Shown here: piece by piece, positions 1 to 9,069 of the stretch | How positions within the stretch are numbered: the stretch's first letter is position 1 | Layout of the letters: the number at the start of each line of letters is the position of its first letter | Origin: an uncultured Elusimicrobia bacterium | GTDB taxonomy: Bacteria; Elusimicrobiota; Elusimicrobia; 2-01-FULL-59-12 | NCBI GenBank assembly: GCA_963702895.1 | Contig: OY969767.1 | Span: forward strand, 480,001-544,000 | Length of the DNA: 64,000 nt | Direction of reading: 5' to 3' | Notes under the pieces: generated by a model | Seen by the model: the letters and a program-made list of their open reading frames with translations, nothing else | What the model was told of the DNA's origin: nothing | Databases searched by the model: none | Position numbers and translations under genes: made by a program

Positions 1-890
1 AGGATCTCTTCCGTCATGGAGGCGGGGTGCATGTACATCAGCCGGACCCAGCGGATGCCGGAGATCTGGGCAAGTTTGCGAAGAAGCGATGGAAGGCCGT
101 CCGACGTCCGACGTCCGACGTCGGACCTCGGACCTCGGACGCTGAACTGGAAGTCTCTTCCCCAGTCACCGGTGTCCTGGGCAATGAGGGAAAATTCTTC
201 CACGCCAAGTCCCGCCAGCTCCCGGGCTTCTCTCAAAATGGTTTCTTCGGAGCGGCTTTGGACAGGGCCGCGCAGGCGCGGGATGACGCAAAAAGAACAA
301 GGATGACGGCAACCTTCGGAGAGACGCAGATAGGCGCTCGCTGCGCGTTGTGTCTCCTTCTCCCGCGGGGACGCGGGAGAAGGTTGGGATGAGGGCGAGA
401 TTGTGCCCTCACCCTGCGCCCTCCCACCTACGACTGGTGGGACTGGCGCGCTATAGGAAATTACGGGAGCGCCGGTCTCCCGTCTTACGCCGGGAGAGGG
501 AAAATCCATGAACCCGCCGGGCTTGGCGCGGTCCAGAAAACGCGTCTTGGGTCTTTCCAGGAGCTCCGCGACCTGTCCCAGCTGGCCGGTTCCAAGGAAG
601 GCGTCCACTTCCGGCATCTCCTGGAAGATCTCGTCCCCGTGCTGCTGGACAAGGCACCCGGTCACATAGAGTTTTTTGCCGACCCCCTTCAGGCGCGCGG
701 CTTCCAGGATGGTATGAATGGACTCTTTCTTGGCCGCTTCGATGAAGGAGCAGGTATGGACGACGATGGCATCCGCGTCTTCCGCGTTTTCCACGACACC
801 GTGCCCGCGCGCGCGCAGCACCCGCGATAGATGGTCGGTATCGGCCGTGTTTTTGGCGCAGCCGAGGGTCAGGATGGCGACTTTGCTCAT
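1..890 (-). CDS. rimO: Ribosomal protein S12 methylthiotransferase RimO (3' part runs off the window start)
   Basis: Manual translation of parts of the frame from ATG at 890: MSKVAILTLGCAKN... AYLRLSEGCRHPCSFCVIPRLRG (radical SAM CxxxCxxC) ...LIAQDT...WVRLMYMHP. Absent from the ORF track because there is no stop in the window. Confidence 0.9.
   Translation of the reverse strand, partial: MSKVAILTLGCAKNTADTDHLSRVLRARGHGVVENAEDADAIVVHTCSFIEAAKKESIHTILEAARLKGVGKKLYVTGCLVQQHGDEIFQEMPEVDAFLGTGQLGQVAELLERPKTRFLDRAKPGGFMDFPSPGVRRETGAPVISYSAPVPPVVGGRAQGEGTISPSSQPSPASPREKETQRAASAYLRLSEGCRHPCSFCVIPRLRGPVQSRSEETILREARELAGLGVEEFSLIAQDTGDWGRDFQFSVRGPRSDVGRRTSDGLPSLLRKLAQISGIRWVRLMYMHPASMTEEI
99..140. repeat. 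Inverted heptamer array inside rimO (GTCCGAC x3, GTCGGAC, CTCGGAC x2; 42 bp)
   Basis: Seen directly; 14 codons in frame (VRGPRSDVGRRTSD). Confidence 0.85.
355..441. repeat. CCCTCACCC/CTCCC...GGGAGA palindromic repeat inside rimO
   Basis: CCTTCTCCCGCG-GGA-CGCGGGAGAAGG hairpin plus GAGGGC/GCCCTC arms; same family as intergenic 4777-4850. Confidence 0.75.
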
Positions 891-1125
891 GATCAGTCTG
901 GGTTCTTCGACGAAGGCGCCTATTTTATCACATCGGTCGTGGCCTGTCGGAGTTCGTGTCCATCGCGCGCGAAGGGGCGGGTCTGGCAGCGAGCATGGAA
1001 TTCGCCAGGCCGTCGATGGTTGGGCGGAAATCACTCCCCACCGCAGGTGGGGGATGGGGGGCACGCCCAACCGAGACGGCGCCGAGAATTCCTCTGCTCG
1101 CAGAAGACCCCGCCCTTTCGTAGGA

Positions 1126-2226
1126 CTAGATTAGAGCGCTAACGGCTTGGCCGACTTCTTCGGTCGTGGCAGGCCTGCCCGCCGAAGCCTTGGCGAAGGC
1201 GGGTTTGAGATCAGCGGTCACTTTGCCGGAGGTCAGCACTTTTTCGATGGCCGCGTTGACCGCGTTGGCTTCTTTCGTAAGGCCAAAACTGTACTCGAGC
1301 ATGGCAGCCACTGAGCCGATCGCGCCAAGAGGATTGGCTTTGTTCTGGCCGGCGATGTCCGGAGCCGATCCATGGACCGGCTCGTAGAGCCCCACCCAGA
1401 CGCCAGGGCGCTTGGCGTCCCCGATCGAGGCTGACGAGAGCATCCCGATGGAGCCGGCGAGCACCGCGCCTTCGTCGCTCAGGATATCGCCAAACAAGTT
1501 TTCCATAAGCACCACGTCAAAGCGTTTAGGGTTTAAGATGAACTGCATCGCGCAATTGTCGACCAAGATGTGCTCCAGGGCGACATCGGCAAAGTCTTTC
1601 GAGACCTCCGTGACCACCTTCCGCCAAAGTTGGGAGACTTCCAGGACGTTCGATTTGTCGACGCTGGCGAGTTTCTTGCGGCGCTTGCGCGCGAGCCCAA
1701 AGGCCATCTTGGCCACGCGCTCGATTTCCGCTCGGGTGTAGGCCATGGTGTTGACGCCGCGCTCCTCGGGGCCCGATCCCGAGATGCCGCGCGGCGTGCC
1801 GTAGTACAGGCCGCCCGTGAGCTCCCGGACGATGATCATGTCGACGCCGTCGACCAGATTGTTTTTGAGGGGGGAAGAATCGAGAAGCGCTTTGTACGAG
1901 CGCACGGGCCGAAGGTTGGCGTAGACCTTGAGGGTCTTCCGTATGCCCAGAAGCCCCTTCTCCGGGCGCTTCTCCGGCGGCGCGCTGTCAAATTCGGGAA
2001 GGCCAACCGCCCCCATGAGCGTAGCGTCCGCTTCGAGCGCTAGCTTTTCTGTTTCGGGTGGAAAGGGGTTTCCCGTCTTGTGAATGGCGATCCCGCCGAG
2101 CAGGCCTTCCTTAAGGGAAAGCTTGTGTCCAAACTTGGACGCGACGCGCTCCAGGACCCGGACGGCCTCGCGGGTCACCTCGACCCCAATGCCGTCTCCC
2201 GGCAACACCAGAATGTTCATTTCCAT
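1126..2226 (-). CDS. leuB: 3-isopropylmalate dehydrogenase
   Basis: LPGDGIGVEV, ANLRPV, RELTGGLYYG, NLFGDILSDE and YEPVHGSAPDIAG motifs; start placed at ATG 2226 (2220 possible). Confidence 0.95.
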   Translation of the reverse strand: MEMNILVLPGDGIGVEVTREAVRVLERVASKFGHKLSLKEGLLGGIAIHKTGNPFPPETEKLALEADATLMGAVGLPEFDSAPPEKRPEKGLLGIRKTLKVYANLRPVRSYKALLDSSPLKNNLVDGVDMIIVRELTGGLYYGTPRGISGSGPEERGVNTMAYTRAEIERVAKMAFGLARKRRKKLASVDKSNVLEVSQLWRKVVTEVSKDFADVALEHILVDNCAMQFILNPKRFDVVLMENLFGDILSDEGAVLAGSIGMLSSASIGDAKRPGVWVGLYEPVHGSAPDIAGQNKANPLGAIGSVAAMLEYSFGLTKEANAVNAAIEKVLTSGKVTADLKPAFAKASAGRPATTEEVGQAVSALI

Positions 2227-2258
2227 AGGCTGGTCATTATAACTGGGCAAATCGGAAA

Positions 2259-2471
2259 TTAGTCTCTCTTGGATTGGCGGCGTATCGCATGAGCGAGAGC
2301 GCGCAGAGCGTTGTTGACCGACTTGGAGTCTGGAAAGAGTTTCGCTATGCCAGGCTCAAGAACAATGATATTGGTCCCACGAGCATAGCGCTTAGCGTAT
2401 TTCCCTCGCGTCCCCTTGCGGAAATCATATTCGCGAAGCATTTCTGAATGTTTCATTTTAACCTTCTTCAT
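2259..2471 (-). CDS. BrnA-like antitoxin
   Basis: MLREYDFRKG...GKYAKRY...FPDSKSVNNALR; overlaps and follows BrnT. Confidence 0.75.
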   Translation of the reverse strand: MKKVKMKHSEMLREYDFRKGTRGKYAKRYARGTNIIVLEPGIAKLFPDSKSVNNALRALAHAIRRQSKRD

Positions 2472-2745
2472 AAATGGCCTTTTCGTGTCGTGATGCTTCC
2501 CGCGCTGAGATGATTCTGACAGCATTCCCATTTTCAGTGTGGACGACGACCACCACAGTTCGAAGCCGGTACGACAGGCCTATTATGACAAAACGATCTT
2601 CGTAAATGGAGTGTAGCGGATCAGGGATTGTCATCGAATGCGGGTCGCCGAATACCGTGCTTGCCTCTTCAAAAGACACCCCATGCTTCTTTCGATTGCT
2701 TCTGGCTTTCTCAGAATCCCACTCGAATCGTAAGTTCAATGCCAT
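2458..2745 (-). CDS. brnT: BrnT family toxin (DUF497)
   Basis: FEWDSEKARSNRKKHGVSFEEASTVF...EDRFVIIG...RIISAREA. Confidence 0.9.
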   Translation of the reverse strand: MALNLRFEWDSEKARSNRKKHGVSFEEASTVFGDPHSMTIPDPLHSIYEDRFVIIGLSYRLRTVVVVVHTENGNAVRIISAREASRHEKAIYEEG

Positions 2746-2777
2746 GTCTCCCTTGCGCGATGAAAGTCTCTCTATCT

Positions 2778-2809
2778 CTTAGATGCAAAAAACAGAGAAA
2801 TATTCACGA
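2778..2809 (-). promoter_or_regulatory. Putative ECF-sigma-type promoter, copy 1 (TGAAT-N16-CATCTA)
   Basis: Bipartite motif duplicated at 5506-5537 with conserved ends and equal spacer length; both lie upstream of BrnT genes. Confidence 0.5.
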
Positions 2810-2826
2810 TATTTGGGTGAATCGAG

Positions 2827-2871
2827 CTAAATGAGAAATTCGGCCCAGAGGAAGGCGAGATCGGAGGCTTG
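2827..2871 (-). pseudogene. Duplicated 3' end of xth
   Basis: Encodes QASDLAFLWAEFLI* versus xth QASDHTFLWAEFDR*; 19-bp and 11-bp identical blocks at identical spacing from the stop. Confidence 0.75.
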
Positions 2872-2988
2872 GCTGCCGTGCCCGGTCATTCCGCTCGAGA
2901 ACCTCTTTAGGGCAAATAGCCATTGACAGCCCATGGCGCTACTCCTAGACTTGCTGGGTCATTTGAAATACGACGAGAGGAGCCATCC

Positions 2989-3570
2989 ATGAGCACAACG
3001 ATCTGGTCTCATCCTCACTATGTGTTACAGCAAAAACTGTTTTCCATGTTTCATACCGAGTTCCGTATCATGGACCCGCAAGGGGCTCCGATTCTTTTCG
3101 CGAAGATGAAAGCGTTCAAGTTAAAGGAAGATCTCCGCATTTTCTTCGATGAAGCGATGACCCAAGAGGCGATGGTGATGAAGGCCCGGCGCATCCTTGA
3201 TTTCGGGGCAACCTATGATGTGATGGACCCTGCCACGAATCAGCGCATCGGAACGCTGCGTCGAAAAGGCATCAAGTCCATGATTCGTGATGAATGGGCC
3301 ATCCTGAACTTTGATGACCAGCCCATCGGGACGATTGAGGAAGATAGCTGGCTGTTGGCACTCATTCGACGATTTTTGTGGAGCCTCATGCCGCAACATT
3401 ACCACGCGACCGTCAACGGTCAGCCGGTGGCTCACTTCCATCGCCACATCAGCTTCCTGACCATGAAGATGACGATGAACGTTCTGCCTTCGGGAGCCGG
3501 GCAGATCGATCCCCGGGTGATGGTGGCGGCCATGCTGCTGCTCTCGGCTATAGAAGGCCGGCAAAGTTAG
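2989..3570 (+). CDS. LURP-one/scramblase-like protein
   Basis: KAFKLKEDLRIF...ARRILDFGATYDV...IGTLRRKG...DPRV pattern; GAGGAG RBS before ATG 2989. Confidence 0.6.
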   Translation: MSTTIWSHPHYVLQQKLFSMFHTEFRIMDPQGAPILFAKMKAFKLKEDLRIFFDEAMTQEAMVMKARRILDFGATYDVMDPATNQRIGTLRRKGIKSMIRDEWAILNFDDQPIGTIEEDSWLLALIRRFLWSLMPQHYHATVNGQPVAHFHRHISFLTMKMTMNVLPSGAGQIDPRVMVAAMLLLSAIEGRQS

Positions 3571-3572
3571 GT

Positions 3573-4703
3573 TTACTTCGTCGCGGGTGGTTGAAAGCTT
3601 TTGCAACGTCTTTTGAAATCTTCCCAATGGATGGCGGGTGCCCGCGTGGTGGGCGGCAATGTCTTCAGGGCTTCCTTCAGGTAGAGCGCGCGATTCTGGT
3701 CCGCTGGGTGCGTGGAAAAGTACTGAAGCCAACCCTGTTGACTGCTTGTCCCTGTTCGCTCAAAGAACCGGACCATGCCTGATCCTCCAAGCTGAGCTTT
3801 TCTCAGGAGTTCCAGCCCGCCGAGATCCGCTTCTTTTTCCTGGCTGCGAGAAAACTGGAGATCGGACAGGTCGGAAAGGAGTTCAGCCGCGCGGCTTCCA
3901 CTCAAGAGAGCATCGAGGAGCAGGCTAAAACCGTACTTGTTCACGATTTGGTGCAGCGAGTGGCGCTCCAAGACATGTTGAATCTCATGGGCCAGGACAC
4001 CCGCCAGCTCTTCGGGTGTTTCGGCCGCTTCGATCAAACCCGTATGAACGTAAATAGAGCCTCCTGGAACTGCAAAGGCGTTCACGGTCTTCTTGGGGAC
4101 CACGCGAAAACGGAAATCGTAGCGCAGGAGCGTCTCGCTCCCCGCGACCTGCTTTCCCAGCCGTTCAATTTGATCTTGAACAAAAGCGTCTTGAACAGCC
4201 TGCATCTCAAAGCCTTTTCCAAGGTAGTGGCCCAGCTTCTTCTCCCAGGCCACCGGCATAAGGTTTGCTGCGGAAAAGAGGAGCACACGATACGCGATGA
4301 AAAGGGCAATCGACCCTCCCGCCAGCGTGAGTCCGAAGCGGACCCGGTACTTCCATCGGGATGTGAATCGTCCGAGGCGCATCTCACGGATCCGGTCTTT
4401 CATCGGGTAAAGAGCAGGATGCGCGATATCGTCCAAACCGCGTTCCGCATCGGGTCCAAGGTAGACGCGCACTCCTTTTGGATGACGTGAACAGAGAATA
4501 ATCTGGTTTTTCTCAGCTCCTCCAAGTTGGAGTTCGAGTCCTGATAAGGGGAGGCGCATGGAAGGCTTTCCGGAGACTTCCACCAGGGCGTGATCGAACA
4601 CCCACTCCAGTGTCGCTGGCAGGGGTTGATCGGGAGGATGGCCGTCTACGCCGAAAACGGTGACGTTATGTTTCATGACAAGCTCAGGCGCCTTTCCTGG
4701 CAC
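3573..4703 (-). CDS. M48 family zinc metallopeptidase
   Basis: VNAFAVPGG, ELAGVLAHEIQH (HExxH), FSRSQEKEAD, FSTHP; start could be ATG 4676. Confidence 0.9.
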   Translation of the reverse strand: MPGKAPELVMKHNVTVFGVDGHPPDQPLPATLEWVFDHALVEVSGKPSMRLPLSGLELQLGGAEKNQIILCSRHPKGVRVYLGPDAERGLDDIAHPALYPMKDRIREMRLGRFTSRWKYRVRFGLTLAGGSIALFIAYRVLLFSAANLMPVAWEKKLGHYLGKGFEMQAVQDAFVQDQIERLGKQVAGSETLLRYDFRFRVVPKKTVNAFAVPGGSIYVHTGLIEAAETPEELAGVLAHEIQHVLERHSLHQIVNKYGFSLLLDALLSGSRAAELLSDLSDLQFSRSQEKEADLGGLELLRKAQLGGSGMVRFFERTGTSSQQGWLQYFSTHPADQNRALYLKEALKTLPPTTRAPAIHWEDFKRRCKSFQPPATK

Positions 4704-4776
4704 CCTTCATTTTCTGTTCCTTTGCCGGATACCGCACTCCTTGCGGGTGCGGAGGAGGCGCCGTCATACGACCGTG

Positions 4777-4850
4777 CCCTCACCCTCGGCTCTTGCTGCG
4801 CTCGGCCTCTCCCTCTCCCGCGTGCACGCGGGAGAGGGTGGGGTGAGGGC
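4777..4850. repeat. Palindromic repeat GCCCTCACCC...CCCTCTCCCGCG/CGCGGGAGAGGG...GGGTGAGGGC
   Basis: Nested inverted repeat seen directly. Confidence 0.8.
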
Positions 4851-4889
4851 AGAGATGCCGCAGGCCTTGTGCCTGCGGAGTTTCACTTT

Positions 4890-5174
4890 TTAAGCGCTCT
4901 TTTTGTGCCATTCCTCGAGTTTTTCGGCCAGGATGGAGTGGATGAGGGTTTGGTAGGGCATATGTTTTCTTGCCGCCATCGTACGCAATCCTTCGAGTAA
5001 ACTAAGGTCGACCCGAATAGAGATAAGGTGTTTCATCGGACGAGCAAACTCTACCTTGACAAGGTTTTCTTTTTTCATAAGGGACGAAGTGTCATGCGTG
5101 TCCCAGAAGTTGGCCTCTTCTTCATAGGACTTGAATTTCGGAATCTTATTGGGTAGTGGTTTCAATCTTTTCAT
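4890..5174 (-). CDS. CopG/BrnA-like antitoxin
   Basis: IPKFKSYEEEANFWDTHD...ISIRV...MPYQTLI. Confidence 0.85.
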   Translation of the reverse strand: MKRLKPLPNKIPKFKSYEEEANFWDTHDTSSLMKKENLVKVEFARPMKHLISIRVDLSLLEGLRTMAARKHMPYQTLIHSILAEKLEEWHKKSA

Positions 5175-5437
5175 AGGAGTTGTTGATAGCGTTTTCGTTC
5201 CGTGTAGGTCATATCGAGGGCCGTAATAACTCGGGCAAGTCCGTTGCCGAGCATCTTGATAGCGGCTGAGACATACCGCCCTGCGCTGGTCCTGCCGTAA
5301 AGCATATACAGTCCTGAATAAGATCTCACCATACGATACGGCTCTTGAAGGGTTTCATCTACTTCGTCCTGGCTTATCCCGTGGCGCAAGACGTGCCCGA
5401 TATTCTCCGAGTCCCACCTGAAGCAGACAACCCTCAC
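5171..5437 (-). CDS. brnT: BrnT family toxin
   Basis: FRWDSENIGHVLRHGIS..EV...GRTSAGRY...RVITALDMT..ERKRY; 4-bp overlap with the antitoxin. Confidence 0.85.
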   Translation of the reverse strand: MRVVCFRWDSENIGHVLRHGISQDEVDETLQEPYRMVRSYSGLYMLYGRTSAGRYVSAAIKMLGNGLARVITALDMTYTERKRYQQLL

Positions 5438-5505
5438 GACTTTCCCCTTGATTGTATGTGTATATACATTGCATTACAAGCCCATACGGACGAATCCTCC
5501 TCTCC

Positions 5506-5537
5506 CTTAGATGCAAAACACCGGAAAATATTCACGA
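5506..5537 (-). promoter_or_regulatory. Putative ECF-sigma-type promoter, copy 2
   Basis: TCGTGAATAT-N-GCATCTAAG, same 32-nt span as 2778-2809. Confidence 0.5.
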
Positions 5538-5690
5538 CTTTTTTAAATTCTGGAGAGGCGGCAGCCCAGAAAGGCGGCCCCCCGGAGTATCGGCAAGCCA
5601 GAGAGGCGGGGAGTGGAGGACCTCATGTAAAAGAGTACCTATCGCCGATGTTCAGGAACGCCGACATTCTGGAGTGCCGAAGTTCCGGGG

Positions 5691-6476
5691 CTAGCGATCG
5701 AATTCGGCCCAGAGGAAGGTGTGGTCGGAGGCTTGCGGGGCTTGGCGGGGAGCCGTGTCCACTTCGACTTTCGTGCAGCGCTCGGCGAGGGGCCGGGTGG
5801 CCAGGATATGGTCGATGCGCCAGCCGAGGTTGGCTTCCAGAGCGGTTTTGCCGCCGGAGCGGAAGCGGTAGTCCCAGAAGGTGAACTGCTGCTTGCCGGG
5901 ATGGAGCTTCAGGAACACGTCCTCAAATCCCCAGCTTAGCGTATCGGCGTAGGCCCGTTTGGCGTCTTCATGAAAGCAGACGTGATCCCGATGCTCTTCG
6001 GGATGATGGACATCGAGGTCGCGCGGGGCGACATTCATGTCGCCGCACCAGATGACGGGGTCGTCCGGTTTGAGATGCTTCGCAAAGTAGGTCCGGAGTC
6101 GTTTAAACCATTCCAGTTTATACGCGTATTTGGGAGACTCCAAGAGATGGCCTTGCGGAATGTACGTGTTCACGACAGAAAAGGCTGCAAATTGGGCGTG
6201 CGCGAGCCGCGGTTCGTCCGAATCGGGACCGTCGCCCAAACCAAAACGGACGGATTCGGGCTTTGTCCGACTCAAGATCGCCACGCCGTTATAAGACTTC
6301 ATGCCGCGAAAGGCGACGTAGTAGCCGGCCTCATCAAAAGGCTCTTGCGGGAATTGGTGGTCCTGGACTTTGGTTTCCTGTACGCAGAGGACGTCGGGTT
6401 GATGTTGTTGGAGCCAGTCGAGGATCGCATTCTGGCGCATCCGGATCGAATTCGCGTTAAACGTCGCCAGTTTCAC
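5691..6476 (-). CDS. xth: Exodeoxyribonuclease III
   Basis: MKLATFNANSIR, CVQETK, YNGVAILS, GDMNVAP, FTFWDYR, GWRIDHIL, SDH. Confidence 0.95.
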   Translation of the reverse strand: MKLATFNANSIRMRQNAILDWLQQHQPDVLCVQETKVQDHQFPQEPFDEAGYYVAFRGMKSYNGVAILSRTKPESVRFGLGDGPDSDEPRLAHAQFAAFSVVNTYIPQGHLLESPKYAYKLEWFKRLRTYFAKHLKPDDPVIWCGDMNVAPRDLDVHHPEEHRDHVCFHEDAKRAYADTLSWGFEDVFLKLHPGKQQFTFWDYRFRSGGKTALEANLGWRIDHILATRPLAERCTKVEVDTAPRQAPQASDHTFLWAEFDR

Positions 6477-7160
6477 GCGATCATTCTAGCATCCAGCATA
6501 CCAGGCGAAGGAAAGGTATCTCCGCTCCAGCGTAGGGCCTGGCAGACACCGTTCACTCCGTGGCGTTTTGCCATGCGCACCGTCTCAGAGGAACGCAGCA
6601 TGTCGCCAGCTCCTTTCGGACAGACCTCACAACTCCTTGTCCCCCAGGCCCCCTATGTTAAGTGGATGGGGGACGGCGTCGGCCTCGTCCTCCTGATAAG
6701 CGCATAAGAGCGTTATCGTCGGGACCGCCCCATCCTTATATCGGTATAGGAAAGTGGGGTGGACAGTTCGGTCATGGCGTCCTCAAGGAGCTGGCTCAAA
6801 ACGCCAAATCGTTCACCGGAATCTGCCAGGCCCTCCGCTGGAGAGGCGGGCATGCGAGTGACTTGAGGCTTGAGCCCCGAAGGCGGAGACGGTTCTCCGA
6901 ACACTGTTCGCCCCGCTTCTCATGAATGACTAAGAGGCCGGGGCTGTCGACTCTACCCACGCCTCCGGCGCTTATAAAGTGGGCGGGACGACGAAGCCCC
7001 CCGTCCACTTAAACTGGGGGGTCCGGGGGGCGAGGAGTTGTGTGAGGAGTCGGAGCCTGAGGGGCGTACCCCCCAGTCTTCTGGGGGGACAAGCCGAATG
7101 GAACGAGCAGACCACCTCTCCAGCGGAGGACAATACGAATGAAAGTCCTCTTCTATGAGT

Positions 7161-8960
7161 CTAGCGGTTGAGGAGCCAGCCTTCGAGGTAGATGACGAGC
7201 GTCACAAAAGCGCTCAGCTGAAGAACCACCCAGGTCATGGCCTTAATCCATTGGAGGGGAGTGTAGCGGGGATTGATCTCCTTGCGGATAAAGGCGTACG
7301 CCACGACCGACTGCGCGCAGCCGATGTGTGTCCAGCATCCGCCGACCGCGTAGCCCGCTATCTGCGCCATCGCAAAAAGATGGAGCAACCCGACGTCGAG
7401 GCCATGCAGCGCCCGCGCGGCAAAATCCGCGACCACATTGTTGTCGAGGATTGCGGAAAGGAAAGTCGCGCCCCAGTACTGGAAGTAAGCGACATGAGAA
7501 GCTCCCCACCGCGAGATCCCGTCCTGAAGGAGGTGTGCAAGACGATCAAAGAAGCCCATGCGCTGCAAGAATGCGATGGAGAGGAACAAAGGGAAGAGAA
7601 ACAGGTATTCCTTGAACTCGTGCGCGGCATCCCGAAGCGCGAGGGCCCTCATTTTGGGAATGGCATAGATCCCTAAGAAGGCCACGACAAACCCCGCGAA
7701 GGAAGCAATAAAGAGAGGGATGTCGTGGTTGACGGCATGGGCAATTAAAAGCCCTACAAAGGGGATGAAGGACAAGGCGCCTATCTTTTGAGCGTCGAGT
7801 CGCGGCCTGGCGGCGGCCTCGATGGCTTGCCGCACTTTGATCTCCGAGGCGTCCCGAGGGAGATCCCGGTTTTGTAGAAGGTGTTCATAATGCTCTTCCA
7901 GGGGCTTGGCGAGCTCTTCCGAGACAAAGTGACCGAGAAGTTTCCGGCGCAGCCCCGGAGGCACCCGTTCTTCGAGGAGCGCTTCACCCAAAGGCTCACC
8001 CTGGAGCACCCGGTGCTGAAGGGAGGCGAAGCGTTCGCCCAATTCTTCCTTGTGGGCATCCAGAAGACCCACGGGGGTTAAGACTTCACCGTGACGGCTG
8101 GCTTGCAGAAAGCGCAAGTCGGCGTTATGCGTGTCGAGGATGTCTTGGGCCGCCATGTTGATCCTACGACGGCCGAGGCGTTTCCGAAGGTTCCATACGA
8201 CAATCAGGTAGCTTCCGACCGCCACCGGCAGGCAGTAGCGCAGGAAGAAGGCGTTGTCGAGGTGGGGGTATAGGTTGGCTTTCATGATGAGGTTGGGCGG
8301 TTCTCCGTAAGCCATCCACATCCCGCTCACCGTGGTGATGACCGTCGAAACGATCACAGCAAAGATCATGTCCTTTTCCTGGGCGCGTCCCAAAGCCAGG
8401 ATAATCACCAAGGTTCGGATCATGAGGCCGATCATGGACACGCCGTCTAAGACGCCGGAACTGGCGGCCACGATCACCGCCAGCAGAGCCACGGTCCTGA
8501 AGACCCGTCCTTTTTGACGGCGCAGGATGTTGCCGCTGATCGTCTCCAGGAGTCGCGTTTGGGCGATCACCGACACAAAGAAGGTCAGCCCCAGGATAAA
8601 GAGCATGGTATCGGCGTGGAAGAGGCCTTCGAGACCTTGGAGCGTGAGGAAGTGATGGTGGGTGAAATCAGCGAGGGCGGCAGGCCCGCGCTGTGCCAGA
8701 GTTTCTTTTAAGGAAGAAGCAGGCCACCACAGCGGAAGGAAGGTCCCCAAAATGACCATCCCCATGCCATAGGTGAGGGCATTTTTGTCGAGTTGGTAGC
8801 GGAAGGATCCTAAAAGAAAAAGGCCAAGAATCGTGGCGAAGAGTTCGATCGCCACCCAAGCGGGACGGGTCCACCCCGCGAAGCCCGCAAGAAATAAGGC
8901 GCTCGCGGCAAAGGCGCAGCCGATGATGAATTTGCGCGGAGAAAGATGAACCGTTTCCAT
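7161..8960 (-). CDS. Ion-transporter superfamily permease (NhaD/ArsB/CitMHS-like) with a central soluble insertion
   Basis: Many TM segments; SSGVLDG, GEPPNLIM, LSAILDNN, GGCWTHIGCAQSVVA. Confidence 0.75.
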   Translation of the reverse strand: METVHLSPRKFIIGCAFAASALFLAGFAGWTRPAWVAIELFATILGLFLLGSFRYQLDKNALTYGMGMVILGTFLPLWWPASSLKETLAQRGPAALADFTHHHFLTLQGLEGLFHADTMLFILGLTFFVSVIAQTRLLETISGNILRRQKGRVFRTVALLAVIVAASSGVLDGVSMIGLMIRTLVIILALGRAQEKDMIFAVIVSTVITTVSGMWMAYGEPPNLIMKANLYPHLDNAFFLRYCLPVAVGSYLIVVWNLRKRLGRRRINMAAQDILDTHNADLRFLQASRHGEVLTPVGLLDAHKEELGERFASLQHRVLQGEPLGEALLEERVPPGLRRKLLGHFVSEELAKPLEEHYEHLLQNRDLPRDASEIKVRQAIEAAARPRLDAQKIGALSFIPFVGLLIAHAVNHDIPLFIASFAGFVVAFLGIYAIPKMRALALRDAAHEFKEYLFLFPLFLSIAFLQRMGFFDRLAHLLQDGISRWGASHVAYFQYWGATFLSAILDNNVVADFAARALHGLDVGLLHLFAMAQIAGYAVGGCWTHIGCAQSVVAYAFIRKEINPRYTPLQWIKAMTWVVLQLSAFVTLVIYLEGWLLNR

Positions 8961-9069
8961 AAATAAAATAGGAGCTGGCGCGCGCCAACTCCTCTGTTGG
9001 ATGAACTGAACATACTAAATCACTCGCGCGCGTTCCAGCTCCGGTTCCGAAAGGCCAGGCCGCCTGCGG

